Virus record (IMG/VR): IMGVR_UViG_3300037424_002358
Coordinates: 32,001-96,000 of that record
Reading direction: 5' to 3' (one strand)
Length of the DNA stretch: 64,000 nt
Source of the DNA: a virus
The notes under the pieces are model-generated. The model made no database searches. It was given only the letters and a program-made list of their open reading frames with translations, and was not told the DNA's origin. Position numbers and translations under genes: made by a program. This document shows, piece after piece, positions 1 to 9,798 of the stretch. Each line of letters begins with the position of its first letter. Position 1 is the stretch's first letter.

Positions 1-161
1 CCGCAGCCTACGTCGAGCACCGTGTGACAGTTCTGCGGGATCGACAGGAGGGTCTGGATCGCCTGCTGGCCCCACGCGAGGTGACCGCCGTCGGGCGGCT
101 GCGCGTACACATCCTGCGTCAGGCGGTTCAGGTACGAGTCAAACCGGGCGAAGTCGCGCAT
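1..161 (-). CDS. Class I SAM-dependent methyltransferase, 5' part (runs off the window)
   Basis: ATG at 161 overlaps the stop of the LCP gene (TGATG). Translation MRDFARFD...HTVLDVGCG contains SAM-binding motif I. Confidence 0.7.
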   Translation of the reverse strand, partial: MRDFARFDSYLNRLTQDVYAQPPDGGHLAWGQQAIQTLLSIPQNCHTVLDVGC

Positions 162-1159
162 CACGGCTCGCAGGCCTCGCCCGTCTCCAGCAGGCAGGCC
201 GTCCATGTCGGCAGGTCGTGGTTGGAAACCAGGATGCTACCGTAGAGCGGATCGCTGGCAAAGTCGACGTCGTCGAGGGCGAAGCGCAAGAAGCGCATCT
301 CGGCGTCGGGGAGCCGTGGCAACAGGTCCAGGAGGCTGACGACGGTTGCCAAATCGGCGTCCGTCTGGAACAAGTCCTTGCTCGCTACGCCCTTGTACAG
401 GTCGAGCGCCCTGGTCGGATCGTGAGCAATGGCCGCCGGCCATTGGCTCATGGCAGCCTTGACGATCTCCAGCACCCGCCGGTTGCGGTCGAGGTCGCCG
501 CCGTATGCCTTTCGCCCCCGGACGTAGCAGAGCGCCTCCAGCCCGCTGAACTCGTAGGCCGTGCCTGCGTTCCAGACGAGGTCTTCGTCTCGACAGGGGT
601 CCGCGTGCGTTACCTCCGGCGTGATCGTCAGGCCCCCCATCAGGTCGACTAGGCTCATGTACTGGACCATGTCGATGACAGCCATGGGGCCGTTGACGGT
701 CAAGCCAAACGATTCCTCCATCGTCTGCTTTAGGCAGTCGAAGCCGCCGCGATACCATGCCGCGTTGACCCGGTTGTAGCCCCCGTACTCACAGGGCACG
801 TTGACGAAGAGATCGCGCGGGACGGAGAGCAGCGTGACGCGCATCCGACTCGGCCACACGTCGGCGACGACGATGATGAAAGCGTCGCTACGCACGCCGT
901 AGCCCGGAGCCTCCGGCCGGGTTGCGCCGCGGTCCAGGCCCAGCAGCAGTCCGACGGTGCGCTCGCGCGGCTCAGGCGTTGCCGATGGCACCGCCGTCGG
1001 TTCCAGCGTCGCCGTCGCCGGCTCCGGCGCAAGGCCGCGCGGCGCGGCGGTCAGCGTCTCCGCCGACTGAGCGGTCACCGTCTGCATATCGAACGAGGTC
1101 TCCGGCATCGGCACGCAGCCCGACGCCAGGAGCATCATGACAATCGCAATGCGTTTCAT
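161..1159 (-). CDS. LCP (LytR-CpsA-Psr) family glycopolymer transferase, lipoprotein
   Basis: Lipobox LASGC and a Pro/Thr linker, then LCP motifs LLLGLD, RSDAFIIV, LLSVPRDLFV, RVNAAW, ALCYVRGR, DLDRNRR. Confidence 0.9.
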   Translation of the reverse strand: MKRIAIVMMLLASGCVPMPETSFDMQTVTAQSAETLTAAPRGLAPEPATATLEPTAVPSATPEPRERTVGLLLGLDRGATRPEAPGYGVRSDAFIIVVADVWPSRMRVTLLSVPRDLFVNVPCEYGGYNRVNAAWYRGGFDCLKQTMEESFGLTVNGPMAVIDMVQYMSLVDLMGGLTITPEVTHADPCRDEDLVWNAGTAYEFSGLEALCYVRGRKAYGGDLDRNRRVLEIVKAAMSQWPAAIAHDPTRALDLYKGVASKDLFQTDADLATVVSLLDLLPRLPDAEMRFLRFALDDVDFASDPLYGSILVSNHDLPTWTACLLETGEACEP

Positions 1160-1175
1160 ATTCCCTCTCCTCCAA

Positions 1176-2831
1176 CTAGGCTGGATGAAGTTTGTAACCC
1201 GGATTCCAATACCATCCCTCTTGACCTTGCGCCGTCTTCACCTTCCACCAGTCGCCGCCGTCCCCGCCGATGTCGAACGCCTGCAAGCGCTCGTTGGCCG
1301 CTATCCACCGGATGAGCGCCCCTGAAACATTGGGTTCACTTCGCAGGTTTCCACCTACATCGACGATCCACCCGTTGCCGGGGAACAGGGCCGAGAAATA
1401 GGGCGTCGGATTGACGATGTCGCGGCCCATCCACGGCGACCCGTTGCCCTTGTGCTTGAGCGTGATGTGCAGGTGCGCGCCGAAGGAATTGCCCGTGTTG
1501 TCGGCGAGTCCGAGGACCGTGCCCGCCGCGACCGCCTGTCCAACGCTCACCTTCGTGCTCCCAAGTTTCATGTGAGCGTAGACGCTCTCAAACTCATTGC
1601 CGCCTGCGAGGATGTGCTGGAGGCGGACATGGACGCCGTAGGCCCCGCTGCCCGCCGAGGTCTCGACGCGAGCGACCACCCCGTCGGCCATCGCCATGAG
1701 CGGCGTGCCTCCGACCGCGCGTATGTCAATCCCCTCATGACCAGGAAGTCCGAACGGCTTGTAGTTCTGCGGGTTGATGCCGTAGCGTTGCGTCACGATG
1801 GGCGTGCCGGTCACTGGCCAGCGAAGCCGAAGACGATCAGCGGCAGCCGGCAGGTCAATCTCCTCCCGGATGAGGTAGGCCCGCACCTTGTCGCTCTCGA
1901 CGTAGCCGTTGAGGGTGTTTTGACTGATGTGGGCGCGCAGGGCGTCCGATAGCACGACTTTCATGGTTCCACCTCCTGGAATTGGATCGTCGATGGGCGG
2001 GACAGGCTCGGACCAATGGAAATCGGCGAGGGCATCCTTCTCCTCTTCAGTGGCCTGCGCAAGGTCCCAGACGCTCACAGCCACGCAGCCGATCACCTTG
2101 GCCCGCTCGAATAGGGCCAGCAGTTGGGCCTTCGTGGGCCGCCAGATGCGTACCACGCCGGCCGCGTCCTTGTACTTATACGGGTAGGTCGGCGCCACCG
2201 GAAAGTATGGCAGGGGCCGGATGGAGTCGTGTTGGTCGACGCTCGTTTCAAGTTGGATGGCGCCCCCCAGAGGCCGGTTGTCGCGCAGGAAGTAGACCTG
2301 CGGGCACCAGGCATCCATGTGCGGCGCGAAGATAAGGATGGGGTACTCCGGCTGGTGGGTGGTCGGGAAGCGGTATCCGCACAGGCTGTAGTCAATGTCC
2401 GGTGCCAGGTCGTTGATCTCCGATGTGTACTCCTCGGCGTAGTCGGGATGCCTCACGTAGGAGGCCTCGGCGTTGACGACCATGTGTCGGAATCCGTACT
2501 TGCGGCAGGCGGCCACGCCAGCCGCCGCCTCCTTCTTCGGCGTGGACTGGACCGGAACCTTCTTGTCCCAATCGAAGATGATTTTTCGGCCCCATAGCCA
2601 GACCCAGCCGTACGGCTCAATCCCGGCCTCAGTCAGGGCGGCGACCGTCCGCTCCAAGAGGTCGGCATTGGTCGTCGTGCCACTCTCCCACCTCAGCCGA
2701 CATCCGTCCGCGATCTTGATCGTGACGGACGACAACCCAAGCCGCCTGCACTCGGCGACCTGTCTGGCCGGGTCTCCGCCCTGCCAGAGTCGCAACTGCC
2801 ACACCATCGCCGTCTTGCCTTGGGGGATCAT
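1176..2831 (-). CDS. Endolysin: glycoside-hydrolase-like N-terminal domain, M23 peptidase and SH3-like C-terminal domain
   Basis: M23 motifs HEGIDI, YAHM and GAHLH. TIM-barrel-like N-terminus (IKIADG, YGWVW, NAE, PQVY). C-terminal NLRSEP...WWKV...GW. Confidence 0.85.
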   Translation of the reverse strand: MIPQGKTAMVWQLRLWQGGDPARQVAECRRLGLSSVTIKIADGCRLRWESGTTTNADLLERTVAALTEAGIEPYGWVWLWGRKIIFDWDKKVPVQSTPKKEAAAGVAACRKYGFRHMVVNAEASYVRHPDYAEEYTSEINDLAPDIDYSLCGYRFPTTHQPEYPILIFAPHMDAWCPQVYFLRDNRPLGGAIQLETSVDQHDSIRPLPYFPVAPTYPYKYKDAAGVVRIWRPTKAQLLALFERAKVIGCVAVSVWDLAQATEEEKDALADFHWSEPVPPIDDPIPGGGTMKVVLSDALRAHISQNTLNGYVESDKVRAYLIREEIDLPAAADRLRLRWPVTGTPIVTQRYGINPQNYKPFGLPGHEGIDIRAVGGTPLMAMADGVVARVETSAGSGAYGVHVRLQHILAGGNEFESVYAHMKLGSTKVSVGQAVAAGTVLGLADNTGNSFGAHLHITLKHKGNGSPWMGRDIVNPTPYFSALFPGNGWIVDVGGNLRSEPNVSGALIRWIAANERLQAFDIGGDGGDWWKVKTAQGQEGWYWNPGYKLHPA

Positions 2832-3973
2832 TGCTGGCTCTCCTTGATCCTGCGCACCCGGACGGACATGCCCTCACCGACGGGCATGCCATCGTCGGGC
2901 GGTCTCTCCACCCGCGGCTCATAGCCCTCGCGTGTGCGATGCCGTTGGTCACGCTGGCGGGCACGTTGGAGGAGAAGCCACAATTTGTCCATGTTATCGG
3001 AGTCTGACATCCGCTGCGCCGGATACGACTTGAGCCACTCGCGCAACTCTTCAATGTCCATCTCGGGCAGGTCGAGCGCCGCCGGCCCCACGAGGGAGGA
3101 CTGCATCTCACCATCAGGCATGATCGACGTGCGGACGTGCGCCTGGTGGTAACAGAGGATGGCGTGGGGCGTCAAGTCGACATACTCATTTTCGCGCCGA
3201 TAGTTGAGGAGCCAAAAGTCCAACGAGGCGTGCCCCTTGAACGTCGGCATATCCTCCCACAGGTTAGCATCCCGCGGGGCCGAGGCGGCGAACCAGTACG
3301 GAAACTCGCGCCGCGCCTGAATATCGTCAATGCCCAGGCTGGCGAAGTTCTGCCCGTTCCAGATGAAATTGGGTTGCTGATCTATAGCCGTCATATCGCT
3401 GTGCCAGTCGATCCCGTCAAGCGCCAGCGTGATCCTCTCAGAGAGCGGTGCTGGCTTTAGGTTCACCCACGTCGGGCGCCCGAGCATGGAGGCCCGACTA
3501 CTGGATATCTTGTAGCGGTGAATGTCCGGCATGTTGGCCGTATGAGCCAGCGCCAGATATGCCGCGACGTCAGGTTTTGGCATCACCTCCGGCTGCTGTA
3601 TCGCGATAATAGAACCCTGAGCCAGCGGCAGGAGCGCCTTGAGGCCCGTCGTCGGGCAGGCGAGAAACTCGCCGCGTTCCAGGCGGACGGACCTGACCTG
3701 CAAATACGGCTCGAACTGCTCGACCACAGGCACCAGCGGTATGGCGGAGCCATTGTCGCAGATTAGCACCTCGAAATGGCGGTAGGTCTGGCGGGCGTAG
3801 GCTTCAAGCGTCCGCGCGATCTGAGATGCGCGGAAGTCATTGGCGCTCATGAGGATAGACAGCACGGGTTCGCCCTCGAAGCGCGGGGGCAGATCGCCGA
3901 GACGCAACTGCGGGTTAGCCCTGTTGAACTTATCGCGTTCTGGCTGGTAGTTACGGAACTCAATATCGCGCAT
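2828..3973 (-). CDS. Glycosyltransferase family 2
   Basis: LSILMSAN...QTYRHFEVLICDNGS GT-A signature. Confidence 0.8.
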   Translation of the reverse strand: MRDIEFRNYQPERDKFNRANPQLRLGDLPPRFEGEPVLSILMSANDFRASQIARTLEAYARQTYRHFEVLICDNGSAIPLVPVVEQFEPYLQVRSVRLERGEFLACPTTGLKALLPLAQGSIIAIQQPEVMPKPDVAAYLALAHTANMPDIHRYKISSSRASMLGRPTWVNLKPAPLSERITLALDGIDWHSDMTAIDQQPNFIWNGQNFASLGIDDIQARREFPYWFAASAPRDANLWEDMPTFKGHASLDFWLLNYRRENEYVDLTPHAILCYHQAHVRTSIMPDGEMQSSLVGPAALDLPEMDIEELREWLKSYPAQRMSDSDNMDKLWLLLQRARQRDQRHRTREGYEPRVERPPDDGMPVGEGMSVRVRRIKESQQ

Positions 3974-4372
3974 CTACCACCATCTTCTGCTCTTGGTCGC
4001 GTGCATGCCGGTCCCGTAGTTCGTGAGCGTGTCCTGGTAGACGTAGCAGACCAGGAGTTGTTCCGCGATCTCACTCTCATGGCCCCGAGCCTCTTTGGGC
4101 GAGATCATGACCGCGGGCGATCCGCACGTGCACATGGCGAACCAGCGCCCGATCTTGCCCTTCAGCCACTCGGGGTCGAGGAACAGGAAGTGCTCTCCGT
4201 GATAATCCGCGCACTTGACCCTGCGCCAGATGCCGTCCTGATCCTGGAAGAACAGGAACGGTTCCTTCTTGACCACATCCCCCGAGGCGAGGGTGGCTGT
4301 CGTCGGGTCGCCCCGGTGGCGGATGATATTGAACGTCATGTTCCGCCACTTGACGCTCGGGTCTGTCTTCAT
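3974..4372 (-). CDS. Hypothetical protein (Cys/His-containing)
   Basis: Start MKTDPS overlaps the upstream stop (ATGA). CTCG, C and H residues. Confidence 0.6.
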   Translation of the reverse strand: MKTDPSVKWRNMTFNIIRHRGDPTTATLASGDVVKKEPFLFFQDQDGIWRRVKCADYHGEHFLFLDPEWLKGKIGRWFAMCTCGSPAVMISPKEARGHESEIAEQLLVCYVYQDTLTNYGTGMHATKSRRWW

Positions 4373-5493
4373 AGCGACACCACCATGTAGGCCCACACCA
4401 GTTTGGAGATCACGTGCAATCCTTGATCGAGGTAAGCGTTCCGCCTCGGGATTGAGTCGGCGGCGACGGCCCACACCAGTTTGGAGATCACGTGCAATCC
4501 TTGATTGAGGTAAGCGTTCCGCCTCGGGATTGAGTCGGCGGCGAAGTGCACGACGAATTCGAGCATCCCGATTTCGATTCGTCCCGTCGCCAGCGCGACG
4601 GCACCGGCGTGCACGAGACAGTGGGCCGACATCCAGAACCACCACGGCGCGCCACCCTCCTGCACTCTGACGGGGCGTTTGAACTGCCTCATCTTGTCCG
4701 TCTGAAAGACAAAGTCGGCCAGCGCGTGGCCCACCAGTAGCCAGAACAGAACCTCAGCAAAGTCAAGCACCGTGTCGGACCTCGCGATTTCTCTGGGTCC
4801 CACGATCACTTGGTCCGCGCTGGCCAGCGCTCGACGCACGCCTGTCGGCTCGGGCGAGGGCGTGACGGTCGCGGACGGAGCCGCGGTCGGCGTCGAGAAG
4901 GGCAGATTGGCGGGATAGTCGAAAGTGAGCACGTTCCTCTCGAACCACGTCGCCAAGGACATGCCTGGCACGCCGCCCACGTTGCCCTCGACACGCACGT
5001 CCACCCACGGCAGAGTCAGGCCACCGAGGCGCTTCGCCGTTTGGTAATCGACCTCGATAGCGAGCCTCCGCACCAGGATGTATTCGTAGAGGCCCGACCT
5101 CCCCGAGCAGTCGACAACCAGGAGCGGCCCGTACCAGTCCCCGCCCGGAACGCGGACGTAGGCACTCATCCCGATGTCGCCGCAGCCCATGAGCGCCGCG
5201 CCGCCCTTGAAGCCCCCGAGGCCCATCCCTCGGTTGCCGGCGACCCGCTCCATGATGCCGTCGGCGTATGAGGACATCGCCCCGCTGAAATACTGCGGGT
5301 GGCTGAAGCGTGCCGTCTCGTAGGTCACCATCCCCGGCACGCAGTAGCCCTCGAACAGATAGCCATTCTCCTTGATGTCGTCGGCGCAATCGACCGACCA
5401 CGGCACGGACAGCGGAGTGGGCGTGGGCGCGGGCGTGGCCGAAGGCGTCGGCGGCGTCAGGCCGACGATGAGGGACAGGATAAGCGCCAGCAT
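4369..5493 (-). CDS. Secreted RlpA/DPBB-like domain fused to a DUF3307-like membrane domain
   Basis: Signal peptide and Pro/Thr linker; GPLLVVDC...IEVD beta-barrel pattern; C-terminal HALADFVFQT, HCLVH, DQGLH. Confidence 0.55.
   Translation of the reverse strand: MLALILSLIVGLTPPTPSATPAPTPTPLSVPWSVDCADDIKENGYLFEGYCVPGMVTYETARFSHPQYFSGAMSSYADGIMERVAGNRGMGLGGFKGGAALMGCGDIGMSAYVRVPGGDWYGPLLVVDCSGRSGLYEYILVRRLAIEVDYQTAKRLGGLTLPWVDVRVEGNVGGVPGMSLATWFERNVLTFDYPANLPFSTPTAAPSATVTPSPEPTGVRRALASADQVIVGPREIARSDTVLDFAEVLFWLLVGHALADFVFQTDKMRQFKRPVRVQEGGAPWWFWMSAHCLVHAGAVALATGRIEIGMLEFVVHFAADSIPRRNAYLNQGLHVISKLVWAVAADSIPRRNAYLDQGLHVISKLVWAYMVVSL
4390..4544. repeat. Tandem direct repeat, 78-bp period, 2 copies, 1 mismatch
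   Basis: GGCCCACACCAGTTTGGAGATCACG... starts at both 4390 and 4468 and duplicates 26 codons in frame. Confidence 0.95.
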
Positions 5494-5496
5494 CGC

Positions 5497-6177
5497 TCAG
5501 GCTGGGTCCGGGGCTTCGACGGCTAGGCATGCCTCACCCTCGCGCTTCAGGAGGAGGTCGAGGTCCGGGTAGGATAGGTATGCGTGACCGTCCCGCCCCC
5601 ACGACCGGCCCCAACTGTTCTTGATGCGAACCATCCGCGTGATCTCGTTCACACCGTTGGCGACATACGCGTGCCCGCCGACAGTGAAGCCCCGGACGTG
5701 GACCACGCCGAAGATGTCAGGCGTCATCATGCCATCCATCCAGTCCGTCCCCAGGACGACCGGCCCGAAGTGCTTGATCGTGTCAATCACGTCGCGGGCG
5801 CTCCATCCCCAACGGTACTCCATGATGAGTCCGCGGGCCGCGAGGCCCTTCGCACCGCCACGGACCGACGAGCCTTCGTAGTCGGAGCCGGCCCACTCGT
5901 CGTTCTCCTGAGCCAGGTGATAAAGTTCGACGGGGTCCGCCTGTGCGGCGTGCGTGATGGGTCCGTCGCAGAGCCAATGCGACCAGGAGTAACCGACGCA
6001 CATCGGCGTCTCGCCCTGATCGTTCCAGCATCCGCCGTCCCACCAGTAGCGCCAGAGGCGGAAGGGCCGTGGCCTACGTTCGAGCAGCGCACGCATCGTC
6101 CACAGCCGATCTCGGCTGTCCGGTGCCACCCGCCGCCCCATGCCGTACCCCATGGAATCATCGCGTCTGACTCGCAT
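5497..6177 (-). CDS. Papain-like (C1 family) cysteine peptidase
   Basis: DQGETPMCVGY (oxyanion Q, catalytic C), GGHAY (H), KNSWGRSWG (N). Confidence 0.9.
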   Translation of the reverse strand: MRVRRDDSMGYGMGRRVAPDSRDRLWTMRALLERRPRPFRLWRYWWDGGCWNDQGETPMCVGYSWSHWLCDGPITHAAQADPVELYHLAQENDEWAGSDYEGSSVRGGAKGLAARGLIMEYRWGWSARDVIDTIKHFGPVVLGTDWMDGMMTPDIFGVVHVRGFTVGGHAYVANGVNEITRMVRIKNSWGRSWGRDGHAYLSYPDLDLLLKREGEACLAVEAPDPA

Positions 6178-6179
6178 GC

Positions 6180-6419
6180 CTACATCTCCCTCTGGTCAGA
6201 GTGCCTTGCGCGCCGCCGCTCGCGCCGATTCTCATGCCGCCTAATGCTACAGCCCAGGCAACTACAACCCAGGCCGCGCACGCTGGCACGGCGGCCAACA
6301 TCGCGTGGCGTCAGCGGGAACGGAGTCGGCATCATTCGGTTGTACATCTGGAGCAACCGCAGAGCGCGGGACTTCGAGCGCCAGTCGTGATGCCTGCGAA
6401 AGTCCCGCGTGCGATTCAC
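6180..6419 (-). CDS. Small basic hypothetical protein (CSCxxC)
   Basis: Fills the gap between neighbours with a start/stop overlap; GCSCLGCS motif. Confidence 0.55.
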   Translation of the reverse strand: MNRTRDFRRHHDWRSKSRALRLLQMYNRMMPTPFPLTPRDVGRRASVRGLGCSCLGCSIRRHENRRERRRARHSDQREM

Positions 6420-7237
6420 CCCGTATCCTCCAACGGCGTCAGGGCAATGATAAACCGCGCCTGGCGCCAGTAACTCACCTTCGGATTCGACTCCTCGCCG
6501 CCTAGCCGTAGCCCACAGAAGAACAGGGTCAGCACATCCGTCCTCGGCAGGACGGCGAAGCCCGACTCAGGATAGTTGTAGGCGAGGTACTCAATCATGT
6601 CGCCCACATGGGTTGAGAGACGGTCAACCTGATCGGGGGCGATCCGCACCACGGCCACGATCTGCGACCGTGAGGAACGCCTTGCCTGCATCAGCAGGAC
6701 CTCGGTCCCGAGCAACTTGTCCAGGACCGCCTCAGCGTCCCCCACGGTGCGTAGGTAGCCCCTCCCGTCCCTCTCGACGTATTCCTGTAACGGCGAGGCC
6801 GTTTGGTCTAGGCCGGAGTGCAGCCACAGCCCCACCCGGCCTGCGTCATCGAGCCACGCGAGGGCTGTGCCAGCCCCCAGGTCGAAGATTCCGCTACTCA
6901 GGGCATCCGGGGTCCAGATGTGCGGCGTGAACGGCTCCAGCAAGGCTAGGCCGTCGAAGGCCGTGACAATCTGCCCTCCCCCCGACATGTCGAGTCCGTC
7001 GTAGAGCCATGGGTTGGGGATCGGCGTCAGTGTCGGCGCGGCCGCAGTCGCCGGCTGCGGCAGGAACGGCGTGATCGTCGGCGTCGCGCTCGCCTGAAAC
7101 CTCAAGGTCATCTCGACACGCTCAGGTTCCGAGCGCCGTGGACCATAGATGCTCCAGGCGAGCGCGACTAGACCAGCCACCGTCAGGCTGGCCCCCGCGA
7201 TCAACAGGATAGGCGCGATCTCATCGGTGCGCGGCAC
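6416..7237 (-). CDS. Sortase-like transpeptidase
   Basis: N-terminal TM anchor and Pro/Thr linker, then sortase elements in the expected order: LWLHS (His), GTEVLL, VVRIAPDQV, LTLFFC (Cys), RFIIA (Arg). Start uncertain (GTG 7237 or 7291). Confidence 0.7.
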   Translation of the reverse strand: MPRTDEIAPILLIAGASLTVAGLVALAWSIYGPRRSEPERVEMTLRFQASATPTITPFLPQPATAAAPTLTPIPNPWLYDGLDMSGGGQIVTAFDGLALLEPFTPHIWTPDALSSGIFDLGAGTALAWLDDAGRVGLWLHSGLDQTASPLQEYVERDGRGYLRTVGDAEAVLDKLLGTEVLLMQARRSSRSQIVAVVRIAPDQVDRLSTHVGDMIEYLAYNYPESGFAVLPRTDVLTLFFCGLRLGGEESNPKVSYWRQARFIIALTPLEDTG

Positions 7238-7835
7238 GTCCGCGCATACCCCAGAAGCCGACGGCGGCGCCAGCCAGGGTGATAAGCGCACCCACGATCA
7301 TTGCCGTCAGGTCAGCGCCGCCAGTCGGCGGGTGCCTCGGCGGCTTGCGCGTCGGCGTGGGTGTCACGCATTGTCCGTCCACGCAGGGGTCAGCCGTGTC
7401 CGTGGGCGTCACGCATTGGCCCTCACATGGATCGGTCGTGACCGTCGCGGTCGGCGTCTGAGAAGACTCAGACTCCGTCGGCGTTACCGTTGGCGAAGGA
7501 GTCGAAGTCGGCGGTTTCGTCGGCTTCGGAGTCGGCGTCACCTCATGGCGATAGGACCAGTGGCTTAGGTCGCAAGCATCCTCATCGCCAACCTGCTGCT
7601 CGACCTTGTCAAACGACCCGAGCGTCAAGTATCCCTCGCAGCCCTGACTGTTGTCGCTTCCCCCTTTGCCGCAGTATTCAACGGCACCGTTGACCTCCTC
7701 CAAGGGCGGGTCCTGATGCTCAGACCATCCATCCGCCCCATGCGGGCAAACAGTCTCGCCCGTCGCGCCCGCCGTCAATGCCGCGACTAGCAGAACCGCA
7801 AGCGCCAGAACCGTAGCCATCCCTATGCGTTTCAT
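7221..7835 (-). CDS. Secreted Thr/Pro-rich protein with an LPXTG-like sorting signal
   Basis: Signal peptide MKRIGMATVLALAVLL, Cys-containing head, T/P/S stalk, then HPPTGG, a hydrophobic helix and the basic tail RGRAAHR. Confidence 0.75.
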   Translation of the reverse strand: MKRIGMATVLALAVLLVAALTAGATGETVCPHGADGWSEHQDPPLEEVNGAVEYCGKGGSDNSQGCEGYLTLGSFDKVEQQVGDEDACDLSHWSYRHEVTPTPKPTKPPTSTPSPTVTPTESESSQTPTATVTTDPCEGQCVTPTDTADPCVDGQCVTPTPTRKPPRHPPTGGADLTAMIVGALITLAGAAVGFWGMRGRAAHR

Positions 7836-8191
7836 CCTCTCCTCGCTTTCTTGCAGTTGGCGAGCCGATTGTCCTCGGCCCGCATCGATTCCGTTGCCTC
7901 CTGCATGATCGCCGCCTGATAGTCGGCCTGCTCGACCCACCTACCGATCATGTCTGTTACCGCGCTCAGCGTCTCGGGCCTCATCTCGCTGCTCGCCGCC
8001 ATGATGACGGTCTGCAAGTCGCCGATGATGTCCTTCTCCTTCAACACCGAACCCATCAGCCGCCTCGTCGTCCTGACATAGATCGCAAGCCTAGTTTCGA
8101 GCGACCGCATGAACTCCTCAATATCGGCCACTAGGTCTCCGACATCCGGCTTGCGCTTCAAGCCCGCCGGCCAGCCTGCCTCGGCGTTCAC
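7832..8191 (-). CDS. Hypothetical helical protein
   Basis: Coupled to both neighbours by start/stop overlaps. Confidence 0.6.
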   Translation of the reverse strand: MNAEAGWPAGLKRKPDVGDLVADIEEFMRSLETRLAIYVRTTRRLMGSVLKEKDIIGDLQTVIMAASSEMRPETLSAVTDMIGRWVEQADYQAAIMQEATESMRAEDNRLANCKKARRG

Positions 8192-9105
8192 AGGACTCTA
8201 GCCTCCCTCAGCAGTTGATCGACGCGGGCATCCCAGGTGTGCGGGGCGACGGCGAGCCTTGCCCTTTCGCCCAATTCCGATGCCTCCTTCGGGTGGTCCA
8301 GCAGCCATACCACGTTGGCGCAGGCCTCTCCCTCAGTCGTGAACGAAAGGAAGTCGCGGCCCTCCTGGAACATCTCGGCTAGGTCGGGCACGCGGTTGAG
8401 GACGGGCGCGATCCCGAACGCCATGACCTCGAACACGCGTGCCGTTGTATCCTGCATGCTCGACCAGTTCAGCCCCACGCGCGTCGAATGGTAAATCCGC
8501 TTCGCGTCGTCGTAGGCCGGCCCGAGTTCATAGGCGACCTTCTTGCCGAGCCGCCGGAGGTGGTCCACAAGCAGGTTGCGGTTCGGATAATGGAGGCCGA
8601 GTAGCGCCGCATCGTATTCGCGCTCCGCGAACGGGATCGCCGTGGGTGAGTGCCACACCGGGTCGTAGCCGTACGGGAGCCATCGGTCACCGGGCTTGAG
8701 ATAGGGCTTTTGCATCCCGAAGAAGAGGTCGGCCTTCTCGCGGGCCTTCGCGTAGTCGAGCACGTGCGGGTCGGTGCCGACGACGATGTACTTGCAGGAT
8801 GGCCGACCATAGGTCGTCAGCCCGGCGTTGGCCTCAATCCACACGTCGGCCTGCCAGGGCATTGACTTCTCGACGAGCGCGTACATCATCTCCGGCCGCG
8901 GCCCGATGCTCATGGGCAGATCGGGCCGGTGGACGTAGGACATGGGCAAGTGCATGCCCGTCCCGCCGCCCCACGGAATCCAGCGCCCGCTGTAGGGTCC
9001 GGCGGTATACAACTCCACGTCCGAGCGGCGCCGCAGGGCCTCGAAGATGTAGCGCCCCATTGCGACCGGGTACCAGATGGTGGAAAAGCCGACCCGGATC
9101 GTCAT
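8188..9105 (-). CDS. Glycosyltransferase (GT-B, CgeB/Glyco_trans_1_2-like)
   Basis: WLPYGYDP, ARVFEVMAFG, HTWDARV. Confidence 0.8.
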   Translation of the reverse strand: MTIRVGFSTIWYPVAMGRYIFEALRRRSDVELYTAGPYSGRWIPWGGGTGMHLPMSYVHRPDLPMSIGPRPEMMYALVEKSMPWQADVWIEANAGLTTYGRPSCKYIVVGTDPHVLDYAKAREKADLFFGMQKPYLKPGDRWLPYGYDPVWHSPTAIPFAEREYDAALLGLHYPNRNLLVDHLRRLGKKVAYELGPAYDDAKRIYHSTRVGLNWSSMQDTTARVFEVMAFGIAPVLNRVPDLAEMFQEGRDFLSFTTEGEACANVVWLLDHPKEASELGERARLAVAPHTWDARVDQLLREARVL

Positions 9106-9674
9106 GCCTTCACCGCCGCGAAGATGCGCACCGGCTCGGGAAGCGTGATCGGCGTCAGCCCGTAACGATGGACAGTTGGCCCGATCACGTCGTCGTCGAT
9201 CTCCGGCTTCCAGCCCTCGCCGACATCCTGCGGCACTGCGCCGTAGTAGTCGTGCACCGCGATCACGTCGCCGGGCCGCAACACGGGAGCGTAGAACGGG
9301 AACTCCATCGCCTTCTCGCCGTTGTCGCAGTAAATCATGGCCGTCTCCGAGGATCGGTCAACAAATTTGTGCACCCCCCCGCGCATGTCTTCCGTCAGGC
9401 AGTCGCCGGCGACGAACTCGAAGCCCGCATACAGCCGACTGAGTCCGGCGACGGCGTGGCTGATCTGCGGGTTGATCTCGACCGCCATGTACTCGAAGCC
9501 CTTGAAGGCCATGATCGGCGTGACGACCGCCGTCAGCCCGCCCACGTGGACGCCCAACTCGACGAACCGCCGGACGTCGTAGCGGTTGATGAGGTCGAGG
9601 ATCACGCCGACCTCAATCCACGTGTGGCCCACCAGCAGGCCGTAGGGGTCAATCTTGAAACGGTTGAGCGCCAT
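9102..9674 (-). CDS. Class I SAM-dependent methyltransferase-like protein (CmcI/Methyltransf_24-like)
   Basis: FVELGVHVGG, IYCDNG, LRPGDVIAVHDY. Confidence 0.75.
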   Translation of the reverse strand: MALNRFKIDPYGLLVGHTWIEVGVILDLINRYDVRRFVELGVHVGGLTAVVTPIMAFKGFEYMAVEINPQISHAVAGLSRLYAGFEFVAGDCLTEDMRGGVHKFVDRSSETAMIYCDNGEKAMEFPFYAPVLRPGDVIAVHDYYGAVPQDVGEGWKPEIDDDVIGPTVHRYGLTPITLPEPVRIFAAVKA

Positions 9675-9798
9675 CAGAGCCTCTCCCGGTTACACTGTCC
9701 GGGTCGTCGTCCCTGCGCCTCTCGGTCGGGCGACCGCTTTGCCCAGCGACGATGCTGTCTAGCCCCCGACTGTCGTTCTCTTCGCTGTTATTTGGGCA

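Noticed and set aside
4390-4544. Template/variable repeat pair of a diversity-generating retroelement
   Set aside because: The copies are directly tandem with one mismatch, and there is no reverse transcriptase in the window.
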